Below are positions 43,927 to 46,167 of a DNA stretch of 46,167 nucleotides, piece by piece. Both the position numbers and the translations under genes were made by a program. The notes under the pieces were generated by a model, which was not told the origin of the DNA, did not search any database, and saw only the letters and a program-made list of their open reading frames with translations. Position 1 is the first letter of the stretch, and every line of letters begins with the position of its first letter. The DNA comes from an uncultured bacterium (GTDB lineage: Bacteria; Fidelibacterota; Marinisomatia; Marinisomatales; UBA1611). The DNA lies in the NCBI GenBank assembly GCA_964478995.1, contig CAYZJY010000004.1:1-46167 (forward strand), in the 5' to 3' direction.

Positions 43927-44931
43927 ATGTGGATGAAATTTAGACAAATATTATTTTGCTTAATTATTATAGTTAATGGTTGTGAGAATAAACGTGAAGC
44001 TTTAGGTGCTGACAATGAGATACGCGTGATTTGCTCTAAGATTGATCGAACTATGGTAAATGAATATTTATCATCCATATTTATTGACACTCTTTTTACT
44101 CCAGAGCCTGAACCATATTACCATTTGAAATTCTCAGAACCAGAGACATATAACGAATTAAAATCTCAATCTCAGGTTATCATAGCGGCGATTAGTCGAG
44201 ATAAAAATAATTCTGGATATCAATTAGTTAAGAGATTGCTTCCCTTAGATCAGTTTGATCTTACAGAAAATGGTGACCCCATAATTCTTGCAAAGGATGT
44301 ACATGCGAAAAAACAATTATTCATGATCATTAATGCTGCGTCAAAAGAACATCTGATGATGAATATTGATGGGAAAAAGAATCAATTCAGGAAATACTTC
44401 CATGACCAATTCATCGATCGTCAAAGTAGATACATTTTTGGAGAAGATAGAAATAAGAAACTTGAAGACTCATTGAAATCAGAGTATGGTTGGACACTCA
44501 AAATACCATGGGGATGGGATAGAATAAAAAATCGTCCAGACTCAAATTTTGTATGGCTTGGTAAGGAAATGCCATTTCAGTGGATTGGAATTGGTTGGGC
44601 AAAAGGAAATCTGACGAAAGACGAATTGTTGGTTGGTGAATACTTTTGGAAATGGCCTAAAGAAAACTATGGTTCCATTCAAATAAATAATTACAAGTTC
44701 AAATTAGATAAGGCAAATTACGGTGATGATTTTGCTTGGAGAGTGCAGGGAATATGGGAGACAATAGATCTTAAAGAATCTAAAGGCGGGCCATTCCGAT
44801 CGTACCTTTTCTATGACTCAGTTAATGACTTGACTTATCATTTGAATTATTTAATTCATCATCCAGGTAATGATAAGTCTATATTCATGAGACAAATGGA
44901 TATGATCATAAAAACTTTTAAAATATCATAG
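43927..44931 (+). CDS. Lipoprotein of unknown function (DUF4837-like by recollection)
   Basis: 334 aa with N-terminus MWMKFRQILFCLIIIVNGCENK, i.e. lipobox V-N-G-C. The early block NEIRVICSKIDRTMVNEYLSSIFIDTLFTPEPEPYYHLKFSEPETYNELKSQSQVII resembles what I recall of DUF4837, but this is unverified. Confidence 0.5.
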   Translation: MWMKFRQILFCLIIIVNGCENKREALGADNEIRVICSKIDRTMVNEYLSSIFIDTLFTPEPEPYYHLKFSEPETYNELKSQSQVIIAAISRDKNNSGYQLVKRLLPLDQFDLTENGDPIILAKDVHAKKQLFMIINAASKEHLMMNIDGKKNQFRKYFHDQFIDRQSRYIFGEDRNKKLEDSLKSEYGWTLKIPWGWDRIKNRPDSNFVWLGKEMPFQWIGIGWAKGNLTKDELLVGEYFWKWPKENYGSIQINNYKFKLDKANYGDDFAWRVQGIWETIDLKESKGGPFRSYLFYDSVNDLTYHLNYLIHHPGNDKSIFMRQMDMIIKTFKIS

Positions 44932-44935
44932 ATAA

Positions 44936-45802
44936 ATGAGAATTTTAATTACAGGTGCATTTGGACAACTGGGTTTTGCCTTAAGCAAAGTTCTTGATAA
45001 AGTTAGTCACTATGAAATAATAAGGACAGGTCGCTCGATTCCAATTGGGCAAAAAGGTATTTTCCTAGATATACAAAATAAAGTACACCTTAAAGAGGTT
45101 ATTAAATCTACTGAGCCTGAATTGATTATCAATCTTGCTGCAATGACAAATGTTGATGTATGTGAACAATACCCAGAACTTGCTAAAGAAATTAATATTG
45201 CGGGGTTGCAGCATATATGTGATTCTTTTGATGGAAAGATCATTCATCTCTCGACTGACTATGTATTTGATGGTGAATCTGGCCCATATGAAGAAGAAGA
45301 TCAAACATGTCCAATCTCAGTCTACGGTAAAACGAAATTGGCATCTGAGCGAATTTTATTGAATAATAATCCCAACCATCTGGTGATAAGAGGAAACGTG
45401 ATTTATGATTATTCTACAGTATCAAATGCTAGTTTTTTGAATTGGGTGGTATCATCATTAAAAGAGGATAAGGAAATAAAAGTCGTTGAAGATCAAATTA
45501 ATAATCCTACTTGGGCTCGATCAATGGCTGATGTCATCAATTTATGTATATCCAATGACCTTAATGGCGTTATCCATTGGGGTGATGCAGATTATGTAAG
45601 TAGATTTGATTTTTCAAAAATGATAGCCGAAAGATTTTCACTCAATTCAGAATTGATCAAACCTATTTTGACCAAGGAATTATGCCAAACTGCACCCAGG
45701 CCTCTACAGTCTGGACTAATGACCACTAAAATAGTTAAAATATTGGATGTCATACCACCATCCATTAGTGACTGTCTGGATGAAATAAGTATTTTAGAAT
45801 AG
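44936..45802 (+). CDS. rfbD: dTDP-4-dehydrorhamnose reductase
   Basis: 288 aa with MRILITGAFGQLG (Rossmann), NLAAMTNVDVCE, HLSTDYVFDG and SVYGKTKLASE (YxxxK catalytic motif). Confidence 0.9.
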   Translation: MRILITGAFGQLGFALSKVLDKVSHYEIIRTGRSIPIGQKGIFLDIQNKVHLKEVIKSTEPELIINLAAMTNVDVCEQYPELAKEINIAGLQHICDSFDGKIIHLSTDYVFDGESGPYEEEDQTCPISVYGKTKLASERILLNNNPNHLVIRGNVIYDYSTVSNASFLNWVVSSLKEDKEIKVVEDQINNPTWARSMADVINLCISNDLNGVIHWGDADYVSRFDFSKMIAERFSLNSELIKPILTKELCQTAPRPLQSGLMTTKIVKILDVIPPSISDCLDEISILE

Positions 45803-45803
45803 A

Positions 45804-46167
45804 ATGAAAACCTTAATTATATCTCCAACCTACAATGAAAGAAAAAATATTCAAATCCTGGTAGACCAAGTTTTCGGACAAAATACAGACTATCATCTAC
45901 TGATTATTGATGATAATTCTCCCGATGGTACATCAATAAAAGTAAAGGAATTGCAGAAGAATTATCCAAACCTACATTTAGAGGAACGGCCTGGAAAAGC
46001 AGGATTGGGAACTGCTTATTTATTTGGATTTAAATGGGCATTAAAAAATGATTTTGATGCTATCGTACAGATGGATGCTGATCTATCACATGACCCCAAA
46101 GATATACCTAAATTAATCGAAAACTTAGATGCAAATGACCTTGTCATTGGTAGCAGGTATGTAGAAG
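45804..46167 (+). CDS. GT2-family polyprenol-phosphate mannosyl/glucosyl-transferase (Dpm1-like), 3'-partial
   Basis: It is open to the right window edge. It has ISPTYNERKNI, LLIIDDNSPDGT, GLGTAYLFGF and VQMDADLSHDP, typical of dolichol/undecaprenol-phosphate mannose synthase-like enzymes. Confidence 0.85.
   Translation, partial: MKTLIISPTYNERKNIQILVDQVFGQNTDYHLLIIDDNSPDGTSIKVKELQKNYPNLHLEERPGKAGLGTAYLFGFKWALKNDFDAIVQMDADLSHDPKDIPKLIENLDANDLVIGSRYVE

Overview
AT-rich (about one-third G+C by eye), very gene-dense chromosomal segment. I call 40 protein-coding genes (38 on the + strand) and 2 tRNAs. I found no transposase, integrase, CRISPR array, prophage gene or recognisable defence gene, and no database search was possible. 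Most genes are housekeeping: a partial Cys-type sulfatase, gdhA, pgk-tpiA-secG-tRNA-Leu, HAD-acpS-nnr-vanZ-recN-murA, trkAH, uvrC-uvrB, a sigma-54 enhancer-binding protein (EBP) with an LptE-like lipoprotein, asnS-LOG-like-acyP-nadE, lepA, lgt, rfbD and a GT2 transferase. Two features suggest a streamlined marine member of the FCB superphylum (Bacteroidota/Marinimicrobia-like): the EBP-LptE synteny, and a Gln right after all 7 predicted signal-peptidase-I sites. This placement is inference only. Best candidates for undescribed biology: (1) a translationally coupled four-gene outer-membrane module at 38.5-44.9 kb (beta-propeller-like protein, 1073-aa predicted barrel, short Omp85-family protein, lipoprotein) between lgt and glycan genes; (2) a 992-aa pseudo-receiver + receiver + PEP-synthase-type ATP-grasp fusion protein; (3) a secreted protein with a regular 14-residue YDT repeat array; (4) a DUF861-type cupin ORF absent from the ORF track because it has no ATG/GTG/TTG start, lying behind a TAA-TGA-TAG triple stop.
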